From NCBI GenBank assembly GCA_963760795.1, contig CAVXEP010000025.1:64001-128000 (forward strand): a DNA stretch of 64,000 bases, read 5' to 3'. A program made the translations under genes and the position numbers. The stretch's first letter is position 1. Each line of letters begins with the position of its first letter. This document shows, in pieces, positions 34,110 to 45,708 of the stretch. The DNA comes from an uncultured delta proteobacterium (GTDB taxonomy: Bacteria; Desulfobacterota; Binatia; UBA9968). Under the pieces are notes generated by a model. The model made no database searches and had not been told where the DNA came from. It was given only the letters and a program-made list of their open reading frames with translations.

Positions 34110-34488
34110 TCACAAGGTCGGTAGTTTGATACAAGCGCACCTAGGCCCAGCTTGGCAATCTGAGTTTCGATCGCGCATACGGCCGTTCGAGTCGCAGCGA
34201 CCAGCTCGCGCGGGTGAGATATCCGTACCCTGAACATAGGTGTGAAAGCGGCGATCTACCCAACGACTCTATCGAGAGAGTCGGGTAAACAATGGGGACA
34301 AGTTTGTCCAAGAAACCGTCCTTCGCATCGGCGGTACTGATCTTGTCAACGGGCGGACATCGAAACGCAGAGCAATGGCGCGCTGAACGCAGAGGGCGGG
34401 CACGACGGATGCGAAGAGCGCTAACAAACGGCAAGGGGGATGCTCCTTAGCGGCACGCCGCTTAGGCGCAACGGTAGCGAGCCAATCG

Positions 34489-34980
34489 CTAAAACTCGCC
34501 GCGAAAAATACCGCGCTGGCCGCGCGCTTCTTCGACTCCGACTTCCATGGCGCGAATCTTCGCGCCATGGAATTTGGCTTTCACTTGGCGGCGAATCAGC
34601 TTGGCGACATGCTCGGCCAATAATTCGGTGCTAGTGTTGGCCAGCGGCAAGAGAATCACATCGCTCTTCGGCAATATAATCTTTTGCGCTTTGTATCGAA
34701 TTTCGAACTCCTTGGCGCGCCTGCGTACGTCAAGGTTCGGGCTATTGCTTTGAATCATCGTGCGGTGATCGAGGGAATCGCAGATGCGCTTGACCAGTGG
34801 CTTGAAGGTGATGAAGTCCAACACCACACCGGCGCGATCGAGTTCTCCTTCCATCTTCACCGACACCTGATAGTTGTGCCCATGCAGGGGTTCGCGCTGG
34901 CCGTTGGCGAAAATCAGAAAATGCGCCGAGGCGAAATTGAAATAATCTTTAGCGACTTCGATGGTGAAGGTGCGTGACAT
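34489..34980 (-). CDS. queD: 6-carboxytetrahydropterin synthase
   Basis: FASAHF, LHGHNY, LDH, TSTELLA, VEE. Confidence 0.85.
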   Translation of the reverse strand: MSRTFTIEVAKDYFNFASAHFLIFANGQREPLHGHNYQVSVKMEGELDRAGVVLDFITFKPLVKRICDSLDHRTMIQSNSPNLDVRRRAKEFEIRYKAQKIILPKSDVILLPLANTSTELLAEHVAKLIRRQVKAKFHGAKIRAMEVGVEEARGQRGIFRGEF

Positions 34981-35115
34981 GGCCGCGAAGTTAACCAAAA
35001 GCGGCCACCCTTTCAAGCTGCGTCACTGGCGCTTCACTGTGTGTCACGATGGATTGGTAAGAGCTGGCAAATTTTTACTTGCAACTCAGCAACGGAAGAG
35101 TTAGGTGAGAAGACC

Positions 35116-35874
35116 ATGTTGCTCCCGGATGCGCTGGGCGTGACGCGCGGCGAGATGGTTTCGCTGATCGGCGCCGGCGGTAAGACGACAACTCTTTTTC
35201 GCCTCGCCAAAGAACTGCGCGACCAAGGTTGCAAGGTTCTGGTCACGACAACCACGAAGTTTATTAAACCGGTTAAGCCGCATATCGACCGGTTATTTCT
35301 CGTCGACGATGTCCAAGCTCTGCTCGACGTCTGCGCCGACCTTGCCGCGCCAACGATCATCTGCGCCGGCTGCGGCGTGAACCAAGAAGGCAAACTGCTC
35401 GGCATGCCAACTCAATGGCTCGATCGGTTAAACCTAGACGGCGCATTCGACGCGATCTTGGTCGAAGCCGATGGCGCGGCGTCGCGCTTATTAAAAATCC
35501 CGGTGGACGGTGAACCGGTGATACCGGAGAGTTGCCAAAGCACTGTCTGGATCGTCGCGATCAAAATACTTGGCAAACCCATCACCGACGAATGGGTGCA
35601 TCGCTCGGCACGGGCGCGCGAACTGCTCGGCTTGCCGGACGAAGCGCGGGTCAGCGAAGAAATCCTTCTACAGTTGCTCCAGCATAAAGATGGCTGCCTC
35701 AAAGGGATTCCGCCGGCCAGCCGGAAACTAGCCTTGATCAATCAAGCCGATAGCGCGGCCGAAATGGCGGCAGCCCGAGTGCTCGGAGCAAAACTACAAA
35801 AGCTAAATTTTGATAGAGTTGTCATCACCAGCTACGCCAGCGCCGAACCGATCATCCGCGGCGTAACCGATTAA
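35116..35874 (+). CDS. yqeC: YqeC selenium-dependent molybdenum hydroxylase accessory protein
   Basis: SLIGAGGKTT, VLVTTTTK, LVEADGA..K.P..EPVIP, INQAD. Confidence 0.85.
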   Translation: MLLPDALGVTRGEMVSLIGAGGKTTTLFRLAKELRDQGCKVLVTTTTKFIKPVKPHIDRLFLVDDVQALLDVCADLAAPTIICAGCGVNQEGKLLGMPTQWLDRLNLDGAFDAILVEADGAASRLLKIPVDGEPVIPESCQSTVWIVAIKILGKPITDEWVHRSARARELLGLPDEARVSEEILLQLLQHKDGCLKGIPPASRKLALINQADSAAEMAAARVLGAKLQKLNFDRVVITSYASAEPIIRGVTD

Positions 35875-35895
35875 AACTAACTTTGACAAGCTAAC

Positions 35896-36483
35896 ATGAT
35901 TTCCGCTGTGATACTGGCGGCCGGCCGCGGCGAACGAATGGGGGAGCCGAAACTGTTCTTACCCCTCGGCGGCAAACCGGTGCTGCAATGGGTTTTGGAA
36001 AGCGCCCTCGCCGCCGATCTCGACGAGGTGATCTGCGTTAGCCGCGAGTTGGAATCGGCCAGGCGCCAGATCGATATCGTCGACGAACGATTGTTCTGGC
36101 TGCGCAACTACGCCGCCGACCGCGGTCAGAGTACCTCCGTGATCGCCGGACTGTGGGCGGCCAATGCCGCCTGCGATGGCGTGATGTTCTTATGCGGCGA
36201 CCAGCCGTTGGTACGGCCGGAGCTTATCGACGCGCTGATCGAAAAATTTGACGATACTTCGGCATGGATCGTCGCACCCAGTTTCAAGGGCGAAGTTCGC
36301 AACCCAATCTTGTTCCATCGCAAGCTGTTTCCCGAATTGCTCCAACTCACCGGCGACCGCGGCGGCCGGTTCCTCCTCGACAAGCACAAACGCAAGACCG
36401 TCTTAGTGGACTGGCCGGAGGAATTGTCATTTCTCGATATCGACGTCCGCGAAGATTACGAGCGGCTCAAGCAACTGGCTTAG
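35896..36483 (+). CDS. mocA: Molybdenum cofactor cytidylyltransferase (MocA/YgfJ)
   Basis: VILAAG.G.RMG..K, GQSTS, GDQP, NPILF, LTGDRGGR, DID..EDY. Confidence 0.85.
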   Translation: MISAVILAAGRGERMGEPKLFLPLGGKPVLQWVLESALAADLDEVICVSRELESARRQIDIVDERLFWLRNYAADRGQSTSVIAGLWAANAACDGVMFLCGDQPLVRPELIDALIEKFDDTSAWIVAPSFKGEVRNPILFHRKLFPELLQLTGDRGGRFLLDKHKRKTVLVDWPEELSFLDIDVREDYERLKQLA

Positions 36484-37583
36484 TCGCCGAGGTCTTGGCC
36501 CACCGCTTCCGAGATATGTTTGAGGCCATCCCGTTGGAGCAAACGCAGCAAGCCTTTGTTGATGCGCTTCACCGCCCCCGGCCCTTCGTAGATCCAGCCG
36601 GTATAAATCTGCACCGCATTGGCGCCGGCCTTGATCTTCTCGTAGGCATCGTAGGCGTCAAAGATGCCGCCGACACCGATAATCGGCAGCCGCCCGCGGG
36701 TGGTTCGATAGATATGCGAAATAAATTGCGTCACCATGGCCGTGATCGGCCGGCCGCTCAAACCGCCGGGCTCGGCGCCGTTGGGCGATTTCAGTCCCTC
36801 GCGTTTGAACGCCGTCGCGTTGGCGGCGACGATGCCGGTGAGCTTCACCTGCTCGACGACATCGATGATCTCGTCGACTTGGGCAAACTCCATATCCGGG
36901 GCGATTTTGACGAAAACCGCTTTCGGTTCAATCTTCGCCCGCGCCGCCAGTTGCATATTTTTCTGCTGCACCGCCGAGAGCAGTTCGCGCAACAGACTTT
37001 TTTCCTGCAAGTCGCGCAGGTTGGGCGTATTCGGCGAGCTTACGTTGAGCGTAAAGAAGTCGCCCTGCGCAAATAATTTCTCAAAGCAGGAAAGAAAATC
37101 CGCCACTGCATCTTTGGTCTCGACAATCTTGGTGCGGCCGATGTTCATGCCGAGGGGAATCTTCGGCCGCCCGCCGCGCGCGCGCAAGCGGTCGAGCTTG
37201 ATGGCGATCGCTTCGGCGCCTTCATTATTGAATCCCAAGCGATTAATTAAAGCTTCGTCTTTCGGCAATCGGTAAAGCCGCGGCTTGGGGTTACCGGGCT
37301 GAGCCTGGGCGGTGATCGCGCCCACTTCCATGAAGCCGAAACCGAAGGCGGATAGCATCTTGGGCGCCAGAGCGTTCTTGTCGAAACCGCCGGCGAGTCC
37401 CACCGGGTTGGCAAAAGTCAGCGGGCCGATCTTGACGACTAGCCGCTGGTCTTCGACTTTATAAAAATCTTCGATGGTACCGTAAAGCCACTCGTTGCCG
37501 GCGAGCATGTGCAAGACCGCCTCGTGGCTAATCTCGGGATCTTTACGAAATAAGATTGGCCGAATCAGCGATTTATAAAACAT
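36480..37583 (-). CDS. pyrD: Quinone-dependent dihydroorotate dehydrogenase
   Basis: NPVGLAGGFDKN, GNPKPRLYRL, INRLGFNN, NVSSPNTP, GGLSG. Confidence 0.95.
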   Translation of the reverse strand: MFYKSLIRPILFRKDPEISHEAVLHMLAGNEWLYGTIEDFYKVEDQRLVVKIGPLTFANPVGLAGGFDKNALAPKMLSAFGFGFMEVGAITAQAQPGNPKPRLYRLPKDEALINRLGFNNEGAEAIAIKLDRLRARGGRPKIPLGMNIGRTKIVETKDAVADFLSCFEKLFAQGDFFTLNVSSPNTPNLRDLQEKSLLRELLSAVQQKNMQLAARAKIEPKAVFVKIAPDMEFAQVDEIIDVVEQVKLTGIVAANATAFKREGLKSPNGAEPGGLSGRPITAMVTQFISHIYRTTRGRLPIIGVGGIFDAYDAYEKIKAGANAVQIYTGWIYEGPGAVKRINKGLLRLLQRDGLKHISEAVGQDLGD

Positions 37584-37657
37584 GGACACCTGAACGATGT
37601 ATCGGAAAACTTTTATTACTTCCAGAGACTGCGCGAAGCGACTTTCGTGTCGCGGGC

Positions 37658-37694
37658 AAAAAAAGACAGGGAGAGTGCGAACGCTCCCCCTGTC
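37658..37694 (-). terminator. Intrinsic terminator after NIPSNAP gene
   Basis: Minus strand GACAGGGGGAG...CTCTCCCTGTC hairpin followed by T7. Confidence 0.6.
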
Positions 37695-37753
37695 GTATGA
37701 CCGTGCCTCGCCTCAACGTGGCACTCACCGCAATTTACGAATTGACTCTCAGT

Positions 37754-38371
37754 TTATTTAAACGGTGCACAGGGCGCCGGAGTCATAATGGTATTTTCCT
37801 GCATCACCAGCAGCTCCCTGGTAGGCGGCGGCCAACCTTCAACGGTTTTCGACGCTTCGGCGCGCAGACGCTCGCGCTCGCCGGCGTCTTTGTAGGCCCA
37901 AACATGAATATATTGGTTCAGCGGCCCGATGATCGTCTGCCCGGCAAAAACTAGCGGCGATACTTTGGTGCGAGCGCCGATTACCTTGCTCCAGCGTTCA
38001 AAGACCGTCGGCATGGCGCCGGGTTGATAAGTGTAGGTGCGGAACTCATATAGCTCGCCGAGCTTTTTTTCCGGCAGCGGCGGCGAGTACGGCGCCAACT
38101 GGACGATCTTGTTTTCTTGCGTGACAATGAACTCTTGCGTCTTGGGCGGCCATTTGCCAGTCTTGCGCGCTTCGCCGCCGATGCGCTCGCGGTCTTCGAA
38201 GCTCTCGTAAGGCCAGACATGAGTCACCCTGTTCAGACCGCCCACTTCCGAGCAGAATAGTCCAAGCAGCTTGGAAAATTGCAGCCGCGCCGTTAGTCCC
38301 TCGGCGAAGCGTTCGACAAAGTTATTCGTCATCCCTGGTTTCAACACATAAGTTCTCATCTCAAGAAACAT
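37754..38371 (-). CDS. NIPSNAP family protein (tandem domains)
   Basis: EMRTY/EFRTY, GGLNRVTHVWPY and GPLNQYIHVWAY. Confidence 0.9.
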   Translation of the reverse strand: MFLEMRTYVLKPGMTNNFVERFAEGLTARLQFSKLLGLFCSEVGGLNRVTHVWPYESFEDRERIGGEARKTGKWPPKTQEFIVTQENKIVQLAPYSPPLPEKKLGELYEFRTYTYQPGAMPTVFERWSKVIGARTKVSPLVFAGQTIIGPLNQYIHVWAYKDAGERERLRAEASKTVEGWPPPTRELLVMQENTIMTPAPCAPFK

Positions 38372-38479
38372 AGCGCCACCTCCAATAATTAGTCCCTATT
38401 CTTTCCCACAAATGGTGGAAGTATTGCAACCGTCGCGTCGGCCGTTTTCATGGCATCACGAATCTGCTAAGAGGCTTAA

Positions 38480-39658
<1,179 letters not shown>

Positions 39659-39881
39659 TCCCATCACGGCTTGCGTAAGCACAAAATGTTGGGGTTGGGG
39701 CGCCACCGCGATAGTAAATCCAGCGACGCCGATTGGCGGCCGTCAAGCGATCGTTTCCCAGGAGAATTTGCCGGGAAAATGGCTTGCAGTTTGAAAAATT
39801 TCTCACTATAAGAAGGCCCTAGTGGTTTTTTCCAGCCTGTGCTGAAAACTCCGCGCGACAGACTCTGAGAAAGGAACAGCG

Positions 39882-40349
39882 ATGAATAAGAAGATCAAAT
39901 TTCGCGTTAACGGCAAACGACATGAGGTTGAGGTCCCGACCAATCGAATGTTAATCGACTGTCTGCGTTACGATCTCGGGATGACCGGCACCAAGGAAGG
40001 TTGCAGCGTCGGCGTCTGCGGCGCCTGCACCGTGCTGATGGACGGCGACATGATCAGCTCCTGCCTAACTTTAGCAGTTATGGCGGACGGCCATGAACTC
40101 ACCACGGTTGAGGGTCTGGCAAAAAATGGCGAGCTCAACCCGGTGCAAAAGAGTTTCATCCAATATGGCGGTTTTCAATGCGGCATCTGCACCCCCGGCC
40201 AGGTGGTCGCGGCGACGGCTTTATTGAAAGAAAACCCCAAACCCAACGAAGACGAAATCAAAGACTGGATGATGGGCAACCTGTGCCGCTGCACCGGTTA
40301 TTACAAGATCATCGAATCGATCCAGAAAGCGCATCAATTCGCGAAATAA
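39882..40349 (+). CDS. coxS: Molybdenum hydroxylase small [2Fe-2S] subunit (CoxS-like)
   Basis: GTKEGC..G.CGACTV, QCGICTPG, GNLCRCTGY. Confidence 0.9.
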   Translation: MNKKIKFRVNGKRHEVEVPTNRMLIDCLRYDLGMTGTKEGCSVGVCGACTVLMDGDMISSCLTLAVMADGHELTTVEGLAKNGELNPVQKSFIQYGGFQCGICTPGQVVAATALLKENPKPNEDEIKDWMMGNLCRCTGYYKIIESIQKAHQFAK

Positions 40350-40362
40350 TAAGGACACAGCC

Positions 40363-41304
40363 ATGATACCTTTTGAATATCGCACCCCGAAGAGTCTCAA
40401 AGAAGTCCATGCGACACTAAAAGAGTTTGGCAGCGACGCCAAGTTGCTCGCCGGCGGCACCGCCTTGGTGATCATGATGAAACAGCGCTTGGTCCGGCCC
40501 ACCTGCCTGGTCAGCCTGAGCTCGGTGCGCGGCTTGAACGGCATCGAAATAAAAGACGGCGGCTTGTCGATCGGCGGGCTGGCCTCCCATAGAGCAGTGG
40601 AAAGCTCGTCGCTAGTGCGCCGGCGCTTGCCGATGTTGGCCGAGACTTACCACCATGTCGCCACCCTGCGCATACGCAACATGGCCACCGTCGGCGGCGG
40701 CTTGGCCCATGCCGATCCCAACCAGGATCCCCCGCCCAGCCTGATCGCGCTTGGCGCCACAGTGAAAGCGACCTCGCCGTCCGGCAGCCGAGTGATTCCC
40801 CTCGACGAATTTTTCAAAGATTATTATGAGACCCTGCTCAATCCCGATGAGATCATTACCGAAGTGATGGTGCCGAAACAGGCGCCCAACACCGGCGCGG
40901 CCTATATTAAATTTTTGCCGCGCACGGCGGATGATTATGCCACCGTCTCGGCGGCGGCAGTGCTGACCCTCGACAAGACGATGAAAACCATCGCCGATGT
41001 GCGCATCGCGCTGGGTAGCGTCGGCGTGACGCCGATCCGGGCCACCGCAGCCGAAGCGGTGCTGCGCGGCCAACCGTTGAAGGCCGAAGCTTTTGCTGAA
41101 GCGGGAGAGAAGGCTAAACAAGCCGTCGACCCGGTCAGCGACTTCCGCGGCTCGGCAGCCTACAAGACCGATATGGCAGCGGTATTCGTCCGGCGCGCTC
41201 TGGAAAAAGCGCTCGCCGACATTCGCCAGCAGGCCAAAGCCAAAGCGGCACCGAAGCCGAAGCCGGCAACAAAGAAGGCCGTCAAGAAAGGTAAAAAACG
41301 TTGA
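40363..41304 (+). CDS. coxM: Molybdenum hydroxylase FAD subunit (CoxM-like)
   Basis: LLAGGT, IRNMATVGG, ADP..D, DFRGSA.Y. Confidence 0.9.
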   Translation: MIPFEYRTPKSLKEVHATLKEFGSDAKLLAGGTALVIMMKQRLVRPTCLVSLSSVRGLNGIEIKDGGLSIGGLASHRAVESSSLVRRRLPMLAETYHHVATLRIRNMATVGGGLAHADPNQDPPPSLIALGATVKATSPSGSRVIPLDEFFKDYYETLLNPDEIITEVMVPKQAPNTGAAYIKFLPRTADDYATVSAAAVLTLDKTMKTIADVRIALGSVGVTPIRATAAEAVLRGQPLKAEAFAEAGEKAKQAVDPVSDFRGSAAYKTDMAAVFVRRALEKALADIRQQAKAKAAPKPKPATKKAVKKGKKR

Positions 41305-41753
41305 AATTTTCCCAGACAGCCCAGATCCCCGTGGCCCGTGAACCGCTTTGGGAATTCTTGATGGATGTGCCCAAGGTAGCCAAGTCGCTGCCTGGGGTCG
41401 ATTCGGTCAGCAAGATCGACGATACAACCTATGAAGGCGCGCTGACCGTGCGCGTCGGCCCGATCAAGTTGAACCTGCAAGGCAAGATTATCCTTGAAGA
41501 GCAAAACAAAACTGATTGGCGCGCCGCGCTACGTGCTGAAGCGAAAGACCGCATGGCAGCGGGCGCGGTTAACGGCAAAACCATCATGAACTTGAAAGAG
41601 ATCAGCGCTAATATGACCGAGCTGATCGTCGAAACCGACGTGAATATTCTCGGCAAGATCGGCGAGTTCGGCCAACCGATCATCCGCAAGAAAGCCGACG
41701 CGATGCTCAAAGAGTTCGTCGAGAATATCAAGAAACAATTAAGTGGGAAGTAA
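41301..41753 (+). CDS. coxG: CoxG (SRPBCC) protein
   Basis: LWEFLMD...A..LPG, VRVGPI, GKIGEFGQPII. Confidence 0.85.
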   Translation: MKFSQTAQIPVAREPLWEFLMDVPKVAKSLPGVDSVSKIDDTTYEGALTVRVGPIKLNLQGKIILEEQNKTDWRAALRAEAKDRMAAGAVNGKTIMNLKEISANMTELIVETDVNILGKIGEFGQPIIRKKADAMLKEFVENIKKQLSGK

Positions 41754-42254
41754 CGGCTCGCCGCCCGCTTCGGTCTCTTCATCCTGATCTAAACTAGTTT
41801 CCGTCACCCGGCCGAGGACTCGATCGTAGCAGTCCTCGGCCAGTGTTTTGCGTCCCGCCGAATTATCCCGATAGCGAAAACATTCGACCTTGGGCTGGAT
41901 CGCTATCAGAACCTCGATGCCGCGCAGTTCTAACAGCTTCCAGAACTGCGAGGTGAAATTTAGTTCGCCATACCAAAGCAAATCGCGATTGGCCGGGCTA
42001 ACCGGCACATCATCTATCGATTTATACCCGATGGACGCGCCGCATCATGCGATAGGTGCCGACCACATCACTGCTTTTAATGTCACGGACGATCAAGTGG
42101 TTGCAAAACGGATCGAATTCATCGACATCCAAACCGGTTTCATAGGAACTCAGCAGCCCCTTGTTGAGTTCCAGGTTGAATACTTGGAAACGCAAGCGCT
42201 GCGCTTCGACTATATCGCGTGGTCGGTGGCGATTTTCACTTCAAAGTCAGCCAT
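41739..42254 (-). pseudogene. Fused relic: OlsB-type GNAT N-acyltransferase N-terminus + OlsA/lysophospholipid acyltransferase C-terminus
   Basis: MADFEVKIATD/DIVEAQRLRFQVFNLEL..GLDVDEFDPFCNHLIV..VVGTYRM joins at ~42035 to SIGYKSIDDVPV..NRDLLWYGELNF..FWKLL. Confidence 0.7.
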
Positions 42255-42314
42255 TCGCAGGGGATCCTAACATGTGGCCGGTCATCTGAAAATCAATGCG
42301 CCGCACTCCGATCT

Positions 42315-43077
42315 CTAACGATGGCGCCATTGTGGCGGTCGTTTCTGTAAAAAAGCCTGCACGCCTTCTTCGACGTCGGCGGTTTGTAGAAGTTCATCAC
42401 AGTAAATTTGTTCGGAGCGTTTGAGCGCCGCTGCAAAATCGCGCAAAGACAATTCGCGCAGTCCTTTGAGCGTCAGACGCATGACCGCGCCGCTTTTACT
42501 GAGCAGCTCGTCGACGAGATTTTGCAAGCCAACGTCCAGCTCGTCATCGGCAAACACCCGGTTGATAAAACCCATGGCCTGAGCCTCGCGGGCGCTGAAG
42601 CGCCGCCCGGTGAGAATCATCTCCGCCGCCCGGTGGTAGCCGATCAATGACGCAAAGCGCGCCAATGCCACCGGCGGATAGCAGCCAACAAGAATTTCCG
42701 GGGTCGCGAACGAACTTTCCTCCGAAGCGACGATAAAATCGCATACACTGGCGACTTCGCAGCCGCCGCCGAGACAGGCGCCGCGCACCGCGGCAATCGT
42801 CACTTGGGGCAAGCTCAATAGCCGGCGAATCACCCCGTGGACCACGTCGAGCATTTCGGGAACTTTGTCTTTGGTGTGATCCTTGATGTCCACGCCGGCG
42901 GAAAAGGCTTTCTGCCCTTGCCCCTGCAAGACCACGACGTCAATAGTAGGGGTCTGCCGCGCAGCGCTCGAGAATCTCGCCGAGCTCGCGCACCAATACG
43001 ATGTCGAGCACATTTAACGGCGGCCTGTCCCAAGTAACCGTTAGCAATCGGTCTTTTCTATTGATTTCTACACTCAT
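42315..43077 (-). CDS. Enoyl-CoA hydratase/isomerase (dienoyl-CoA hydratase-like), +1 frameshift in C-run near 42950
   Basis: DRPPLNVLD, AFSAGVDI, CLGGGCE, PEI.VG.YPP, EGVQAFLQKR. Confidence 0.85.
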
Positions 43078-43228
43078 GGCAATTTCCTCATATGGAGACA
43101 TCCAACTGTTTGGCCTTATTAAACCGATGATCCTCCGGCTTACAAGGCGGCCGCCAAACAATAAGTTTGACAAACCCATGTGCAGCTCCTAAACTAACGT
43201 TCTATCAGCCTCTTAAGGAGAGCGAAAC

Positions 43229-44002
43229 ATGAGTAAACGAACAGCCCAGTCAATGGCATTGGCACTACTAATCGGTATTGCCGCGCAGACCAGCTTCGCC
43301 GCGCCGGATGAATACGACGATAGCCAATCCCATCCGTTAAGAATTCTCGCCTACGCTTGGCATCCGGTGGGCTGGCTCGCCGAGTGGGCTTTCTTTCGAC
43401 CCTTTCACTATCTCGTCAGCGCAACTCCACAGCAGGAAAAGGTTTTTGGCCACAATCCCCATCCGCCGGTACTGGTTGAACCGCAGCCCTTGTATGACTT
43501 CGGCGTAGCCAAAAAAGTCCCGATGCAGACAGTGCACGTCGCGCCACCGGCGCCAGCGCCGGTGCCGATGCCGGAGCATGTGAAGATCGTCCAAGTTCCG
43601 GTGGAGAAGACCGTTATTCAAGTTCAGGAAAAGGTCGTCGAGAAGGTTATCGAGGTCGAACGTTTGGTTTTCACACCGGTCGCTTTCAATTTCGACTCGG
43701 GTCAATTGACCGATCTGGGCAAGGGTCAAGTTTACCTCGCCGCCCAGCGGCTCAAAGAGCGCGGCAACCTGACCATTGTCGTCGAAGGCCATGCCGATAA
43801 TCGCGGCGACGATGGCTACAATCAGAAACTTGGCTTGCGGCGCGCTCAGACGGTCATGACTGAACTGGCTGCACTCGGTATCGATCCGAGCCGGATGTCT
43901 ACGGCCAGCGTCGGCGAAGGCAAGCCGTTGATCGAGCAGGACACCGGGTGGGCGCGGGCGATCAACCGCCGCGTCGAATTTCAGGTAAAATCGGCGAAAT
44001 AG
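43229..44002 (+). CDS. OmpA-family protein with signal peptide
   Basis: FNFDS, VEGHAD, YNQKLGLRRA, NRRVEF. Confidence 0.88.
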   Translation: MSKRTAQSMALALLIGIAAQTSFAAPDEYDDSQSHPLRILAYAWHPVGWLAEWAFFRPFHYLVSATPQQEKVFGHNPHPPVLVEPQPLYDFGVAKKVPMQTVHVAPPAPAPVPMPEHVKIVQVPVEKTVIQVQEKVVEKVIEVERLVFTPVAFNFDSGQLTDLGKGQVYLAAQRLKERGNLTIVVEGHADNRGDDGYNQKLGLRRAQTVMTELAALGIDPSRMSTASVGEGKPLIEQDTGWARAINRRVEFQVKSAK

Positions 44003-44023
44003 CGTCGTCGTTCCATCGTAACT

Positions 44024-44056
44024 AAGCCCAGCCGTCTTATTCGGCTGGGCTTTTTT
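44024..44056 (+). terminator. Rho-independent terminator
   Basis: AAGCCCAGCCG-TCTTATT-CGGCTGGGC followed by a T-tract. Confidence 0.8.
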
Positions 44057-44096
44057 ATTGGCGCCGATCGGGTAGAGTAAGCAGCACAACCGGCAC

Positions 44097-44711
44097 ATGG
44101 TCTACACACCCCAGGACCGCTATTTCAAGAAAGCCAAACAGGACGGCTATCGCTCCCGCGCCGCCTACAAACTTGTCGAACTGCAACAGCGCTTTCGCAT
44201 GATCAATCCTGGCGACCGGGTCGTCGATCTGGGTGCGGCGCCAGGCGGCTGGTTGCAGGTCGCCGCCAAGCTCGTCGGTCCCAATGGCAAAGTCATCGGC
44301 GTCGATGTGCAAGCGATCCAGCCCTTTCAAGAGCGCAATATCGGGCTAATTCAGGGTGATATTTTGATCGGAGAAACTAAAACCAAGGTCAAAGAGCTAT
44401 TGGGTGGAACTGCGCACTGCGTGTTATCGGACATGGCGCCCAAACTCGGAGGTATTCGCGACGCCGACATGGCGCGCTCCTATGCCCTCAACCAGATGGC
44501 GCTCCAAATCGCCAAGGAGCTACTGCGCCCCGGCGGGGTGTTGGTGGTCAAGAGTTTTGTCAGCGAAGAGCTGCAAAGCTACACGGCCGAGCTGAAAAAT
44601 CATTTCGCCATGGTGCAACGCACCAAGCCGGAAGCGAGCCGCCCAGGTTCGTCCGAGTTTTACTTCTACGCCAAGGGTTATACCGCAATAACTAGCGCGG
44701 TCGTAACGTAG
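44097..44711 (+). CDS. rlmE: 23S rRNA Um2552 methyltransferase
   Basis: GYRSRAAYKL, DLGAAPGGW, SDMAP, KPEASR..SSE. Confidence 0.95.
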   Translation: MVYTPQDRYFKKAKQDGYRSRAAYKLVELQQRFRMINPGDRVVDLGAAPGGWLQVAAKLVGPNGKVIGVDVQAIQPFQERNIGLIQGDILIGETKTKVKELLGGTAHCVLSDMAPKLGGIRDADMARSYALNQMALQIAKELLRPGGVLVVKSFVSEELQSYTAELKNHFAMVQRTKPEASRPGSSEFYFYAKGYTAITSAVVT

Positions 44712-44714
44712 GTA

Positions 44715-45708
44715 ATGTCGGAAATCAGAAAAGACCCGCTCACCGGCCGCGGCGTAATCATCGCACCCTGAGCGAGCACAGCGGCCCAAACAGTTTGACC
44801 CGACCAGCACCGCGGAGTCAGCCCAACCCTGCCCATTTTGTCCTGGCAATGAACGCCAAACGCCACCGGAGTCCTGGGCGGATCGGCCAGCGGATTCGCC
44901 GCCCGATCGGCCCGGCTGGTCGATCCGCGTGGTACCGAACAAATACCCGGCCGTCACCGCTGATAATGGCGAAGCGGACGGCCAAAACACCGATCGGTTA
45001 GCCGGCGCTGGCATCCATGAGGTCATTATAGAAAATGCTGCTCATGTGGCCAACCTGGCTGCGCTGGACGAAGCACAGTTCAGCAAGATTTTTCGTGCCT
45101 ACCGCGGGCGCCTGCGCGCCGTACGCGAGGATCGCCGCTGGCGCTTCGCCTTGATCTTCAAAAACCAAGGCGAGCGCGCCGGCGCTACACTAGAACATGC
45201 GCATGCGCAACTGCTCGCTTTGCCATTCGTTCCCGCCGATGTGGAGAAGGAATTGGCCGGCGCCCGCGACTACCATCGGCGCAGCGCCAGCTGTTATTAC
45301 TGCGCGCTGATCGAACGCGAGCAGCAGGCACAAGTGCGTGTGGTCACGAGCAGTGCAGCATTCATCGCCCTCTGTCCCGCGGCGCCGCGTTTTGCCTTTG
45401 AAACCTGGATACTTCCGAGGGTTCATGCCGGCGCCTTCGAGCAGGCCGATGACTCGATTATCGCCGCTCTGGCGAAAATCTCGCTGCAGGTGATTGCCGC
45501 CTTGGACCGGCTGCATGCCAATCCGCCGTTCAATTATTTCATTCACTCGCTGCCGTTGGCTGACAGTGAGCGCGCCCATTATCATTGGCAGTTGCGCTTG
45601 CTACCGCAGTTTTCTCGAGCTGCCGGATTCGAATGGGGTTCGGGGATTCATATCAATCCCGTGGCGCCGGAAGCGGCGGCGCAGGTATTACGCGACGCGC
45701 TGATCTAA
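44715..45708 (+). CDS. galT: Galactose-1-phosphate uridylyltransferase (two frameshifts in the 5' part)
   Basis: MSEIRKDPLTG, CPFCPGNE, VVPNKYPA, G.HEVIIE, FKNQG..AGA.LEHAHAQ, AGFEWGSG. Confidence 0.88.

Noticed and set aside
34140-34480. Intergenic hairpin (TACCC..GACTCT/AGAGTC..GGTA) as a riboswitch
   Set aside because: It lies between convergent gene ends and matches no aptamer consensus I recognise
39882-41753. Aerobic CO dehydrogenase
   Set aside because: No CoxL with an AYxCSFR motif in the window, so substrate cannot be assigned
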